Shown: positions 10,267-20,814 of the stretch, piece by piece
How positions within the stretch are numbered: the stretch's first letter is position 1
How the letters are laid out: each line of letters opens with the position of its first letter
Source of the DNA: an uncultured Methanoregulaceae archaeon
GTDB taxonomy: Archaea; Halobacteriota; Methanomicrobia; Methanomicrobiales; Methanospirillaceae
Reading direction: 5' to 3'
DNA length: 64,000 bases
NCBI GenBank assembly: GCA_963717525.1
Contig: OY970343.1
Location: 2,176,001 to 2,240,000 of the forward strand
Position numbers and translations under genes: made by a program
The notes under the pieces: model-generated
What the model was told of the DNA's origin: nothing
Database searches by the model: none
What the model saw: the letters and a program-made list of their open reading frames with translations, nothing else

Positions 10267-12341
10267 AGATCCTCGTCCAGCCGGTCAAAGGCAGCTACAA
10301 ACTTCTTTTTTACGATGGGAAGCACGTGCTGGGCGTCGGTATAACGGAAATGACCGACACCCCCAAGGGGCCCCGTCCGGTCAGGTACCGGCTCCGCTGG
10401 GGGTCGCACAAGGAGTACCGGGTCACCCCGTCCAAGGACCTGATCGCCCAGCTCCGCGAAGGCGACGTCCGGATGATCAGGCACGACCCGCTTTTCGAGG
10501 AGTTCCTGCACTCATTCCAGATCCGGGCCGGCACCGTCAACGCCTGCCGGATATGCCTGCTCGATGACCGGTACACGCCGATCAATGACGACAACTTCGT
10601 AATCTTCGGCAAAAACGAGAAGATCTGCCTCGACTGCGGGCGCCGGGAGCTCCGGCGCGAGCTTGCGCCGATCGGGCACATGGGCCGGGACACGCTGCGG
10701 CATTTCGAGGAACTTCTCGTTACTACCCGGAACCTTGACCGGGTGCTCGCGCTTGTCCAGCCGGAAAAACTCTCGATGAAGTCCGCCCTCTTCGATCGGA
10801 TCGAGGCACACCCGGTGCTTACGACTGCAAAAATTTCTGAGCTCCCGCTCCCGCACGAGTTCGTCGTAGCCTCACGGATCGAATGCCTCATGCCGGCACA
10901 GCAGCTTGCGGTGGACGCCGGCCTGTTGTACGGAAAAGATCTCCTTGTTGTTGCCGCAACCGCAAGCGGCAAGACGTTCATCGGCGAAATGGCCGGGATG
11001 AAGAATTACCTTGCCGGTCGGGGCCGGATGCTCTTTCTGGTACCTCTCGTCGCCCTCGCGAACCAGAAGTACGAACGGTTCACCGAGCGGTACAGCGCAT
11101 TTGCTAAGACCGGTCTTTTGACCGGTGTCTCGCGCCTCAACCTTCCCGAGACCCGGAAAGTCGGGGACCGGAACCCGCAGGCCCCGATCGTTGTCGGTAC
11201 CTACGAAGGGGTGGACAACATGATCCGGTGCGGTCAGAGGATGCAGAACATCGCGACAGTTGTCATCGACGAGGTGCAGATGCTCGAGGACCCGGACCGG
11301 GGCCACCGTCTCGACGGGCTTGTCGCCCGGCTCAAGTATCTCGCCCCGCAGGCACAGTTCCTGTACCTCTCCGCCACCATCGGATCACCAAAGACGCTCG
11401 CGAAAAAACTCAACTGCCAGCTCGTCCGGTATGACGACCGGCCGGTCGCGCTCGAACGCTATCTCCTTTTCACGGAGCGCAAGCAGAAGATCCCGACGAT
11501 CAAGAAGCTGACTACCGAGGAATACACGAACACGTCCTCGAAAGGGTTCCGGGGCCAGACGATCATCTTCACCAACGCCCGCGCCCGGTGCCACACGATC
11601 GCCGATGCGCTCGGGATGCGTGCGGCGGCCTACCATGCCGGGCTCTCCAGCCAGGAGCGCCGCGATGTCGAGACCAGGTTCCTGGGCGGCAAGCTGATGG
11701 CGGTCGTGACCACGGCAGCGCTCGGGGCCGGGGTCGATTTCCCCGCGTCGCAGGTGATCTTCGATGCCCTCGCGATGGGCCGGGACTGGCTCTCCGTTCA
11801 GGAGTTCAACCAGATGGCAGGCCGGGCCGGGCGGCCTGACTTCCACGATCTCGGGAAAGTCGTGCTCCTTGCAGAACCCGGCGGGAGCTACTCGCGCGAG
11901 AACCCGTATACCGAGGAGGAGGTTGCGATGCGCCTCTTAAAGGGCGAGATGGAGGAGGTTTCACCCGTTCACGACCTCGAACAGAGTTCGGAGGAATACG
12001 TGGCAAATGCGGTTGCCTGCGGGGGCGATGAGGCGGATCTTGCCCGGATCAACACGATGATGGTGGGGAGCCTTGAGCCGGTGCTCCCGGAGCTTGTCGC
12101 CCACCGGCTCGTGCAGAAGAAGGGCACGAAGATCGAGCTCTCCCCCCTTGCCCGGGTGATGTCCGAGCATTTCATCGGGATCGAACGGTTGCTCGAGATC
12201 ATGCGTCTGGTGGGGGAAATGGATAACCCCCTCGATATCATCGCGGAGCTGGAGAGCGAAGGGATGGAAAAGGAGGAGACGCAGAAAAAAGAGAAGGGCC
12301 AAAAACTGCATGGGCATAAGAAGGGACGCGGGAGACGGTAA
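10263..12341 (+). CDS. archaeal superfamily II DEAD/DEAH helicase (COG1202-like)
   Basis: ATASGKT, DEVQ, SAT, YHAGL, QMAGRAGRP motifs; N-terminal CxxC pairs. Confidence 0.93.
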   Translation: MKILVQPVKGSYKLLFYDGKHVLGVGITEMTDTPKGPRPVRYRLRWGSHKEYRVTPSKDLIAQLREGDVRMIRHDPLFEEFLHSFQIRAGTVNACRICLLDDRYTPINDDNFVIFGKNEKICLDCGRRELRRELAPIGHMGRDTLRHFEELLVTTRNLDRVLALVQPEKLSMKSALFDRIEAHPVLTTAKISELPLPHEFVVASRIECLMPAQQLAVDAGLLYGKDLLVVAATASGKTFIGEMAGMKNYLAGRGRMLFLVPLVALANQKYERFTERYSAFAKTGLLTGVSRLNLPETRKVGDRNPQAPIVVGTYEGVDNMIRCGQRMQNIATVVIDEVQMLEDPDRGHRLDGLVARLKYLAPQAQFLYLSATIGSPKTLAKKLNCQLVRYDDRPVALERYLLFTERKQKIPTIKKLTTEEYTNTSSKGFRGQTIIFTNARARCHTIADALGMRAAAYHAGLSSQERRDVETRFLGGKLMAVVTTAALGAGVDFPASQVIFDALAMGRDWLSVQEFNQMAGRAGRPDFHDLGKVVLLAEPGGSYSRENPYTEEEVAMRLLKGEMEEVSPVHDLEQSSEEYVANAVACGGDEADLARINTMMVGSLEPVLPELVAHRLVQKKGTKIELSPLARVMSEHFIGIERLLEIMRLVGEMDNPLDIIAELESEGMEKEETQKKEKGQKLHGHKKGRGRR

Positions 12342-12511
12342 GTGGGCAAAACAGCGCCGGATGCTCGCCCGCGGGCCTCAAAACCGGGATTTTTTTCAGC
12401 CACCCCCGCGGCACCGATGGCAATAAAATCTGCGATCCTAAATCCGGAGCCTCTTTTCCTTTGACAGGATATCCTTTCCCGCATTTCAGGAACTGCGGCC
12501 AGCGGGTATCT

Positions 12512-14983
12512 TTACTTCTCGTTCCCGGTCGTCACGAACCGCCAGTACCCTGCCGGGATCCGGATCTCGAAACGGGCACCTTTCCCGTAAATCCCGTTCT
12601 CTTCTATGGATATTCCGGTAATTGCAAGAATCTCCGCCGTCAGGAACAGTCCCATGCCCGTATTCTTACCCACACCGCGTTTAAAGATCTCGCGTTTTTG
12701 CCCGGGTTCAACCCCGATACCATCGTCCTCAAAAACCAGCGAGAACCCCTTGTCGGAAATATTTGAATATATTGCGATGGTCGCGATTTTTTCCCCGTAC
12801 CTGACGGCATTATCCACGATGTTATAAAACACTTTTTCGAGCAGGGGATCCGCATAGACCTCTGTATATTTAAACTCTGACTGGAACGTGATGCCGGATT
12901 TTGCAAAATTCTGCACTACTTTGGTGATAAGATCATTGACATTCTGCCATTGCGGCAGATGAACCCCGACTTCCTGGTACTCCTTGGTAAACGCGATCTG
13001 GCGCTGTATAACCCGGGTCAGCTCCCTGATATCATCGAGCAGATGCCCTTTTTCTTCAGGAGAGGTTGTGGCTTTTGCCATGTCTATGCATCCGAGCATT
13101 CCGGTAATGGTGTTGATAATATCATGCCGGGTGATCTGGTTCATCAGGTTCAGTTTTTTATTGGCTATTTCAATGGCGTCTTCAGCCTTCTTTCGTTCCG
13201 TGATATCGCGCAGGATACCGTAAATCCCGACAGGTTTTCCTGATGTATCCAGCCGCAGGGTACTTTTTTCCTCAAACCAGTAGGTAGTGCCCCCTTTGTC
13301 CAGGAGCCTGAACCGGGAAACAAACTGCGCATTCTCTTTTAATTCACGGGAAAGGTTGCGTTCTGCCTCATCGATATCTGCGGGATGGATGAAAATACGA
13401 AATGGTTTCCCTGTCACCTCCTCCTCAAGAAATCCGAATTTATTGACCTGCGGTGAGACATACGTAATAATCCCGTTCATATCTGCAGAGAAGAGTATGT
13501 CAGGTGTATTTTCCGTGAGTGCCCGGTATTTTTCCTCGCTCTCCCTGAGTTCCTCTTCCAGCTTCACCCGTTCGGTGATATCGATCACGCTGCCGCGGAA
13601 CCCGGATACTGTCCCGTACCGCGTGATAGGCCCGGTATAAATGATGGCGCTCATCAATGTCCCGTCAAGCTTTTTTAAGTGATAGACTTCCCCGGAGGAC
13701 TTTGAACCGGATAAGACATGCGCCAGTCCCCTCTGCATGCGCCCGATATCCTCCGGGATGAGGTATTCGCGGACGCTGACCCTGTTCTGGATTTTTTCCG
13801 GGGTAATCCCGAATACCTCTTGGCCGGCGCGGTTCACATAGGTGAGAGATCCCTGCACATCTATCTCAAAAATCGTCTGGGGGAGAAGTTCGGCAAGGTC
13901 GCGGAACCGTGACTCGCTCCGTGCCAGACCGTCATGGAATTTTTCAATGGTCTCGAGCATATGGTTGATCACGGTGGACAGATCAGAGAACTCGTCGCTG
14001 CCGCTGCTGTCCAGCCTCCGGGAGAGTACGGCATCCCGGTCGATATCATGCACCTGCCGGCTGAGGTGACTGATCCGGGAGAGAACGAACCTGTCGACCA
14101 TAAAGAGGATGACCAGACCAAAGAGCAGCCCGGACCCGAGGACGATGAATACATACTGGAAGGTTGTTGTAATTCCCTGCTGGTAAATTTCCCGGGATTC
14201 CAGGACCTGAAGAGCCAGCACTCCTCTTCCATTCACATCCCTGATGAGCGCATATCCCGCGATATCACTGCTGTTAAGAGGAATGGCGATCTCCTCGCTG
14301 CGATCCTGGCCGGGCGCGAGAGCCGGGAGGAATTCGAGGGGAAAGGACGGGTCGCCAACGGGAATAAAATGGAGGTTTGGCTTTGTCAGTGTCGCAAGGT
14401 AGGCCACTTCGTTCGTGCCAAGGTATCTCCCTATGATGACGACTCCCGTGGGCGTCCCGGAATAATCTGAATGGACGATAGGGTGGGACGCGACAACATA
14501 GGGTTTTCCATCGAGCATCAGGATACCGGTGGTCGTCACGGAGGAATTAGCCATGGAAAGCAATGGGTTTGAAGGTGTCAGCACCGTGCTGAGGCTCTCC
14601 GGTACTGCAAGCATGGTCTGGTTACTGAGATCGTAAAGCCCGGCATAGACAATCTGACCGTGCGCGTCCGTCATGATAACGAGGTTGACCCGCAGGTTGT
14701 TGTAGGCAACCGGCAACAGATTTGTGGATACATAATCCGGTTTTTGCCCGTTGACAAAGGCATAGGTATCGTCCCAGGCAGCCCAGTCGACAACAATCGA
14801 TGTTAATGATGTATACTCGTCATTCAGCCTGTTAACGGTCTGGTTTACATCCTGCATCACGTAACGCTGTTCCAGGGCATTGTAGCTGGTCATCGAAACA
14901 AACGAGACGAAAATACTGATCGATGCAAGGATGATAATCAGGAGGATCAGAATGATAAGGATCGTCTTTTCTCGGAGTTTCAT
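12512..14983 (-). CDS. membrane sensor histidine kinase (CHASE4-HAMP-PAS-PAS-HATPase)
   Basis: TM, DWAAWDDTY CHASE4 signature, HAMP DEFSDL, two PAS/PAC, RHD H-box, NAVRYG, DDGIG, GMGL. Confidence 0.93.
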   Translation of the reverse strand: MKLREKTILIILILLIIILASISIFVSFVSMTSYNALEQRYVMQDVNQTVNRLNDEYTSLTSIVVDWAAWDDTYAFVNGQKPDYVSTNLLPVAYNNLRVNLVIMTDAHGQIVYAGLYDLSNQTMLAVPESLSTVLTPSNPLLSMANSSVTTTGILMLDGKPYVVASHPIVHSDYSGTPTGVVIIGRYLGTNEVAYLATLTKPNLHFIPVGDPSFPLEFLPALAPGQDRSEEIAIPLNSSDIAGYALIRDVNGRGVLALQVLESREIYQQGITTTFQYVFIVLGSGLLFGLVILFMVDRFVLSRISHLSRQVHDIDRDAVLSRRLDSSGSDEFSDLSTVINHMLETIEKFHDGLARSESRFRDLAELLPQTIFEIDVQGSLTYVNRAGQEVFGITPEKIQNRVSVREYLIPEDIGRMQRGLAHVLSGSKSSGEVYHLKKLDGTLMSAIIYTGPITRYGTVSGFRGSVIDITERVKLEEELRESEEKYRALTENTPDILFSADMNGIITYVSPQVNKFGFLEEEVTGKPFRIFIHPADIDEAERNLSRELKENAQFVSRFRLLDKGGTTYWFEEKSTLRLDTSGKPVGIYGILRDITERKKAEDAIEIANKKLNLMNQITRHDIINTITGMLGCIDMAKATTSPEEKGHLLDDIRELTRVIQRQIAFTKEYQEVGVHLPQWQNVNDLITKVVQNFAKSGITFQSEFKYTEVYADPLLEKVFYNIVDNAVRYGEKIATIAIYSNISDKGFSLVFEDDGIGVEPGQKREIFKRGVGKNTGMGLFLTAEILAITGISIEENGIYGKGARFEIRIPAGYWRFVTTGNEK

Positions 14984-15127
14984 GAGAATCGCTGGCTATC
15001 TTCCCGATTACGGTTGATTCGATATATATCATTCCATAATGTCCCGGATCGTTACCTGCACTATACCGAAAGCAGAGCATCGCTTGTGCAAAAACTGACA
15101 AAATGAATTTTAGATAAAGAGTATTTT

Positions 15128-15946
15128 TCAGGCCTTCCGCACCACGCAGACCCAGTGGTCGTAGAACGCGTCACAGGGATTTTCCCGTATCTCGACAGAA
15201 CGCCCGGCCTCGTTGCCCCATTCCCGGATCCGGAACGCTTCCGGTTCCGTGCCCACCGTGATCAGCGTCTCACCGGTGACGGAAAAGAGCCCGGCCGCAA
15301 TCTGGTGCCACATGTCTTCTGAGAAGGAATTGATCTCGCCCATCATGATCCCGATTCCCTTGGCAACCGGCTGCGTGTATGCCGAGACCTGCGTGGCGTC
15401 GATGCACATCGTCTCTTCCGGGAGCAGGCGGCCCTTTTGGATGCCGAGCGTGAGAAGCGATGCGTCGTTGTCGTACGAGAGCGGGGAATACCCGAGCTCG
15501 CGGAGCACAAGGGAACCGACGCCCGAACCGCAGCCGCAGTCAATGCACGTCTCGCCCGATCCCTTCCCCCAGACTCCTGCGATCACGTCAGCGAGGATGC
15601 CTTTACGTGCCGGGTTGAGGTCCTCCATGGCCGCCGAAATCTCTGCAGCAAGCCGGAGGGAGAAATATTCCCGGACTGCTGCCGCCCAGACCGCCCGGTC
15701 TTCCTGGTAGATCTCGCCGTTCACCTGCTCGAACGCATCGATCAGGGCAACGTTCGGGTGCCGGTAGAGAAACGAGCCTGCGATCCATCCGGCGCTCTCG
15801 TGGAAGGCGACCGCGACCGGGTCGCTGTTCTCGTCCACGAGCATCCGTCCCTGATCTGCGTTGTCGCGTGCCAGCAGGTCCGTGTACAGCGGGTCGGTGA
15901 GCGCGGCAAACGATGGTTCAATGAACGTAACCTCGTCCAGCTTCAA
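15128..15946 (-). CDS. SAM-dependent methyltransferase-like protein
   Basis: IDCGCGSG motif I. Confidence 0.7.
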   Translation of the reverse strand: MKLDEVTFIEPSFAALTDPLYTDLLARDNADQGRMLVDENSDPVAVAFHESAGWIAGSFLYRHPNVALIDAFEQVNGEIYQEDRAVWAAAVREYFSLRLAAEISAAMEDLNPARKGILADVIAGVWGKGSGETCIDCGCGSGVGSLVLRELGYSPLSYDNDASLLTLGIQKGRLLPEETMCIDATQVSAYTQPVAKGIGIMMGEINSFSEDMWHQIAAGLFSVTGETLITVGTEPEAFRIREWGNEAGRSVEIRENPCDAFYDHWVCVVRKA

Positions 15947-15966
15947 GGATTCCTGCAGCTTTCAGT

Positions 15967-16812
15967 TCACTCCCCCCATCCGATATGCATCCCGTGCGGG
16001 GCCTCGATGATCCCATCGATTTTAGCGTCTTCGTGCAGGAAGATCTCCTTCGCGATCACGTCGCCGAGAATGTGGGCGCCCTTCTTCACGTACACTTTCC
16101 CACTGCTCTCAACATTCCCGTGGACGGTGACGCCGCCCGCTACGCTGACCGTGCCCCGCGACCGGAGGCTGCCGAAAATGACCGTGCCTTCAAGGACATC
16201 GATGGAACCGGCCCGGATATTGCCGTGCAACCTGCATTTCCGACCGATCTTCATCGAGGACGGGACGGAAAAGACCTTCATGTTGAGCCGGGACCGGGCC
16301 GGGATCATGAGCGGCACCTCCACCTTTGCATCGTCCTCGGAGAAGAGGTTGTCAAGGATCCGGTCGAGTTCCCGCTCGTTCTCGATCTGCAGCATCGTCA
16401 TGAGATAGATGAGGATGAAGAGGAGCACGGGCATCGGGTTCCGGACCGCAATTTCGCCGGTTGCCTCAAATCCCTGAGCGATCTCCACCTTCTCGCCGAT
16501 ATCGAGCGCCCCGCTCACCACGAGTTTGCCGGCGATCTTAACGCCCTCGCCGATGTACGCGTCCTGTTTTGCGACGACATCGCTCCCGATTTCGCAGAGG
16601 TTGCCGATACGGGCGTCGCCATTTGCCCAGACGTACTCGCGGATCTTTGTCGACTCGCCCACGTACACGTCTGCGCCCCGCAGCCCGTAATCGATCTGGC
16701 AGAATTCGCCGACCACGATATCCCGGTCGGTCTTGAGGCTGTGCTCCTGGAGTTCCGTCCCGTCGGGGAGGAGGCAGTGCCTGTGCCAGTTCTTCACCGA
16801 TTCCCCGCTCAT
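15967..16812 (-). CDS. beta-helix / polymer-forming (bactofilin-like, COG4801) protein
   Basis: Repeated xIGxxxxIxGxV units on both sides of a hydrophobic segment. Confidence 0.75.
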   Translation of the reverse strand: MSGESVKNWHRHCLLPDGTELQEHSLKTDRDIVVGEFCQIDYGLRGADVYVGESTKIREYVWANGDARIGNLCEIGSDVVAKQDAYIGEGVKIAGKLVVSGALDIGEKVEIAQGFEATGEIAVRNPMPVLLFILIYLMTMLQIENERELDRILDNLFSEDDAKVEVPLMIPARSRLNMKVFSVPSSMKIGRKCRLHGNIRAGSIDVLEGTVIFGSLRSRGTVSVAGGVTVHGNVESSGKVYVKKGAHILGDVIAKEIFLHEDAKIDGIIEAPHGMHIGWGE

Positions 16813-16842
16813 CTGTCCCCCGCAGGTTCCCGTTTCATCCTG

Positions 16843-18078
16843 TCATGCCCCGTATTTGTGTGCCTGGTTTACCAGATCGAGCGCGGTCGGCAGCAGTCCT
16901 GCCCCCGTGATCCGGCAGAGACCGCCCCGTGCGCAGGAGCGTTCCCCGAATTCTGTTACCTCGTCCACCCGGACCCCGTCCCCGTAGATCAGCACCGGCA
17001 CCGGGTCGGCGCTGTGGTCCTTGATCGAGCAGGGCGTGGAATGGTCGGCACAGACGACGATTATGCAATCCCTGAGATCGGGGAGCGGTTCGAGCACGGC
17101 ATCGACCTTCTCGATGAAGGCCTTTTTCTGGTGTGCGAGGCCGTCATGGCCCGACTCGTCGGCCCCCTTGATGTTGACGAGCACGAAATCCTTTCTTTCC
17201 AGTTCGCGGACTGCCGCCGCGATCTTTCCTTGGATATTGCTGTCCTGCGAGCCGGTGATCCCTTCCACCGCAACCCGGGTAAGCCCGACGGCAGTTCCGA
17301 TGCCGGAGATCAGGCTTGCGGCGGCAATAACGCTTCCGGACATCCCGTACTTCTTCTCGAACGGCTCGAAATTCCCCATCTCGCCGGCCCCCCTCATCAG
17401 AACTATATTTGCCGGGTTCTGGCCCTGCCGGATCCGCTCCCGGTTCACCGGGTGTTCCGCAAGGATCTCCTGCGACTGACGTACGAAATCGTTACAGACC
17501 TCCGCGGTCTTTTTGTCCTGTGCCCGGTCCCTGACCGGGGTGATGGTGAGCGGCGCGACGTGATCTTTTTTCGGGTCGTTCGAGGAGACGCAATGGCCGA
17601 GTCCCTCTCCTTTGAGGGCAAGGGCCGCCCGGTGCCCGGCCCCGGACCGGAACACGAACTCCACGCCGGACTTCGAGAGATCTACACCCTCCTGCACTGC
17701 CTGCGAGAGTGCTTGTGTGTCATGGATCCGCCCTGCCCGCCGGTCGGTCACAAAGCCTTGCGGTGACAGCGTCGCATAGTTGCACCGGAAACCGATCATG
17801 CCCGGCTCCATGCGGATACCTGAACCCACGCATTCGAGCGGGCCCCGGCCGGTGTAGTACGTGCGGGGGTCGTAACCGAGAAGCGCGAGGTGTGCCGTAT
17901 CGGAACCGGGCCGGATGCCGGCAGCGATGGTGTCCATGATCCCGCAGACCCCTCCGGCAGCGAGCTGGTTGAGCACCGGGTGGTGCGCCGCCTCAAGAGG
18001 GGTCAGATCGCCCAGTTCCGGGCAGGGCCGGTCAGATAACCCGTCAATGATGAGGAACAGGATCTTGCGGGCGGTCAT
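16843..18078 (-). CDS. apgM: 2,3-bisphosphoglycerate-independent phosphoglycerate mutase
   Basis: IIDGLSD, PGSDTAH, DESGHDG, ADHSTP, HSADPVP. Confidence 0.96.
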   Translation of the reverse strand: MTARKILFLIIDGLSDRPCPELGDLTPLEAAHHPVLNQLAAGGVCGIMDTIAAGIRPGSDTAHLALLGYDPRTYYTGRGPLECVGSGIRMEPGMIGFRCNYATLSPQGFVTDRRAGRIHDTQALSQAVQEGVDLSKSGVEFVFRSGAGHRAALALKGEGLGHCVSSNDPKKDHVAPLTITPVRDRAQDKKTAEVCNDFVRQSQEILAEHPVNRERIRQGQNPANIVLMRGAGEMGNFEPFEKKYGMSGSVIAAASLISGIGTAVGLTRVAVEGITGSQDSNIQGKIAAAVRELERKDFVLVNIKGADESGHDGLAHQKKAFIEKVDAVLEPLPDLRDCIIVVCADHSTPCSIKDHSADPVPVLIYGDGVRVDEVTEFGERSCARGGLCRITGAGLLPTALDLVNQAHKYGA

Positions 18079-18220
18079 TCTTGAGGAATGGTTGGACGCG
18101 CGGATTAATTATGTTTCCCGGTTTTACCGCACGCGTAAAACAGGGCAGCCCTGCCAGAATACACCGCCATGCATGACTGGCGGGAAAGGGGACCACGAAA
18201 AAAAGGAACGTTAAAGGAAT

Positions 18221-18826
18221 TTACTTGGTCGAGACCGGTGCTGCGACCTGCTCGACCTTGGACTTGATGATCTCGACCCGGCGGGTGGGGTAGAGGGTCT
18301 TTACGACCTTGAAGAGGTCGCGGGAGATCTCGCCGGAAACGATCCCGTTCACGAGCGTCGTTAAGTCCCATGCCTGTGCCTGCGTGGCGAGGCTTGCCAT
18401 GATCGCGTTCCTGAGCGCGTGCTCCTGGGCGATGTTTGCGCGTGCAAAGGTGTAGCAGCTGATCGTGAGCCTGACCTTCTTGTTGTCCTTGGTGACAACC
18501 AGCACGTGGCAGTCCACGCGGGAGCTGCGGCGCTTGACAAGAGACCGCAGGTAGTCGCGGGTCACTTCGTGGCCGACAAACTCGGTATATGCGGCGTCAC
18601 CGGTAACCTCGGCGATCTTAAAACTCATCTTGATATGCTGCTTGGCGTAGTCGTTGGTGATCTCGCCGAGGGTCGACTGCATGATCCTGCCCCTGACGGT
18701 CTCCATATCGTTTGCAATGGTGTCTCCGATATACGCCTTGCCGAGGTTGTCGGGGGTGTATACCTTGAACCAGCTCTTGGCTTTCCAGCCTTCAACTCTT
18801 CTTCCAACCTGTTTTTTCTTTGCCAT
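18221..18826 (-). CDS. rps3ae: 30S ribosomal protein S3Ae
   Basis: WKAKSWFKVYTP, DYLRSLVKRR, YPTRRVEIIKSKV. Confidence 0.97.
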   Translation of the reverse strand: MAKKKQVGRRVEGWKAKSWFKVYTPDNLGKAYIGDTIANDMETVRGRIMQSTLGEITNDYAKQHIKMSFKIAEVTGDAAYTEFVGHEVTRDYLRSLVKRRSSRVDCHVLVVTKDNKKVRLTISCYTFARANIAQEHALRNAIMASLATQAQAWDLTTLVNGIVSGEISRDLFKVVKTLYPTRRVEIIKSKVEQVAAPVSTK

Positions 18827-18847
18827 GGTATCAACTCACTAATTTTC

Positions 18848-19099
18848 TTATTCCCTCTGTTCGTTTCTTCCCTGTTTGTGGTGCGGGAGCGCTGTTGTCT
18901 CGTCCGCAATTGCCAGATTCATCAGGTAGTCATCCACGGATGCGATGACCGACCGGACCTGCGTGCCTTCGATCACGGTGGTGACCCGGTTGCCGTCCGC
19001 GGTAGTGGTCATGCCCCTGAGATTGTCGGGTGCAAGGGATGCCGCCACGCCGGGCGCGTCCTCGTGAGTGGTGGCGATAAGGCCGCGTACCTGCATCAT
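18848..19099 (-). CDS. pcc1: KEOPS complex subunit Pcc1
   Basis: VAASLAPDN...RSVIASVDDYLMNLAIA; conserved position between DHH gene and rps3ae; ATGA overlap. Confidence 0.85.
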   Translation of the reverse strand: MMQVRGLIATTHEDAPGVAASLAPDNLRGMTTTADGNRVTTVIEGTQVRSVIASVDDYLMNLAIADETTALPHHKQGRNEQRE

Positions 19100-20319
19100 G
19101 CAGCAAAGCCCTCCTGCCATCCTTTCACGAACGCCCCGAGCCGGTCGCAGGGGATTGTTGCCCCTGCGCGGGTGTGATGACCCCCGCCGTTCCCGCCGCA
19201 TGCTGCGGCGAGGTCCCGGACGAGCAGCCCGAGATCGGCGGTGACACCCGTGGGAAGGCGTGCCGAGATCCGGCAGTCCTCCCCCGAGCGTGCGTACACG
19301 AGCACCGGTGCCTTGTGCACCCGGTCCCGGGCGAGTACGTCGGCGATGTCGCTCGCAAGCGTAGCATCCTCGCATTCGTAGACCGCGTTGCCTTCCTGTG
19401 CGGGGTGCACCGTTTTGATCGCACCGATCACCGCAAGGTGGTGCCGCCGGGTGGCCTCCCATGCCTGTTCGATCTCCGCGGATGAGCGAAGACAGAGCGC
19501 AACCGCTAGGTCGCCGTGGCCGGATTTGCCGCAGGCATCAATGACCGCGGTGAGCGCGTGGGCGTCCTCGATCACCTCACGCTGGAGGTGGACGGTGTCG
19601 CCGTAGAGCATGCCAAGGCCCTCCGCGGATGCCTGTGGCGCAGACGTGAGCACTGCAAGGCTCAGCAGGACGTCAGTTTTGAGGCCCGCCTCTCCCTGTG
19701 ACGCAGCGAGCAGGTCAGCGACAGCGGAATCGTCGCCACTGATCCTGTCGAGGTACGGGCGGGTGGCAAGCAGCCACTTCTCGGCCATGTCACGGCCGGC
19801 AAGGGTCATGCCCCGGTCCGGGACGATGATCCCGTTTGCCACGCCCTCGTTGAAGATCTCGAGATTTTTGCCGGCAAATTCCTGGCAATCGCCAATGATG
19901 CCGGGGATCACGAGGCCGGCAAGGTCGCGGTTGTCCCCCATCTCCTGGGCGACGATATAGGCCATGCCGGCAGCGGAGAGTTCCCGGTCACCATCGATCT
20001 TCTCAAGCCGGGGGTTCGCATGGAACTGCCCCGCAAAGAGCGGCAGGTGGTGGTCCACCACCATCGTTTCCGGGGGGAGGTCTTCCCTGCCAGACCCGAG
20101 ATCGCACAGGAGCGAGGCAGCGTCGCGGGAGAGACCGGCGGAGGTGATCTCCGCGCAGATCCGGAGCCGGAACCGTATGCCCGTCCGGAGCATCGCGTGG
20201 CAGAGGATGGCCCCTGCTGCGATGCCATCGGCGTCGTGGTGTGCGTACACCTCGACGTACTGCTGGCGGCGGATCTGGTCCGCGACGGTTTTTGCGGCTT
20301 CTTCAAGCGACATGGGCAC
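19096..20319 (-). CDS. DHH/DHHA1 family phosphoesterase (RecJ-like)
   Basis: HHDADG, CDLG, VDHH, GGGH motifs. Confidence 0.9.
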   Translation of the reverse strand: MPMSLEEAAKTVADQIRRQQYVEVYAHHDADGIAAGAILCHAMLRTGIRFRLRICAEITSAGLSRDAASLLCDLGSGREDLPPETMVVDHHLPLFAGQFHANPRLEKIDGDRELSAAGMAYIVAQEMGDNRDLAGLVIPGIIGDCQEFAGKNLEIFNEGVANGIIVPDRGMTLAGRDMAEKWLLATRPYLDRISGDDSAVADLLAASQGEAGLKTDVLLSLAVLTSAPQASAEGLGMLYGDTVHLQREVIEDAHALTAVIDACGKSGHGDLAVALCLRSSAEIEQAWEATRRHHLAVIGAIKTVHPAQEGNAVYECEDATLASDIADVLARDRVHKAPVLVYARSGEDCRISARLPTGVTADLGLLVRDLAAACGGNGGGHHTRAGATIPCDRLGAFVKGWQEGFAA

Positions 20320-20339
20320 CCTGGGACAACAAATCTGCC

Positions 20340-20798
20340 TTATCTGGACAACAGGATCTCAGCGTTCTCCGGCTTGTAGGTGAAGCCTGCAGGCAGCTTT
20401 TTCGTGCCGGTATAGTACTTCACGAGACGGCGGATCTTGGCCTCGACGAGGTGGAGCTGCCTCTTGTTGTGCAGGTCTTTTGCGTTCTCGCCCAGGTGCT
20501 TGCGTAGCCCGAGCGCCTTGACCATGAGGTCGCGGAGGTCCTCGGGGATCTCGGAGCTGACCTTGTTCTCTTTTAAGATGTCGCCGATACGCTTGCCGGT
20601 GACCATCTTGACATCGGGAACGCCGTAGCGGTCCCGCAGGATGAGGCCAATCATACTGCCCGATGTGCCTTCCTTGCGGAGATCGACGATAAGTTTCTCG
20701 ATCGCTGCCTTGTCCGTGTTGGACCAGGCAGGCGCTTCTTTGCGCGCTGGCCGCACTGAGCTTGATTTTCCTCTTCTTCTGGCGTGCATTCGTGCCAT
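20340..20798 (-). CDS. rps15: 30S ribosomal protein S15 (uS15)
   Basis: MARMHARRRGKS..., ILRDRYGVPDV, PEDLRDL. Confidence 0.98.
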   Translation of the reverse strand: MARMHARRRGKSSSVRPARKEAPAWSNTDKAAIEKLIVDLRKEGTSGSMIGLILRDRYGVPDVKMVTGKRIGDILKENKVSSEIPEDLRDLMVKALGLRKHLGENAKDLHNKRQLHLVEAKIRRLVKYYTGTKKLPAGFTYKPENAEILLSR

Positions 20799-20814
20799 AG
20801 TTATACCTCCGGTT

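Noticed and set aside
15985..17766. 593-aa + strand ORF
   Set aside because: Antisense shadow of apgM and the beta-helix gene; typical of GC-rich codon bias, no motifs.
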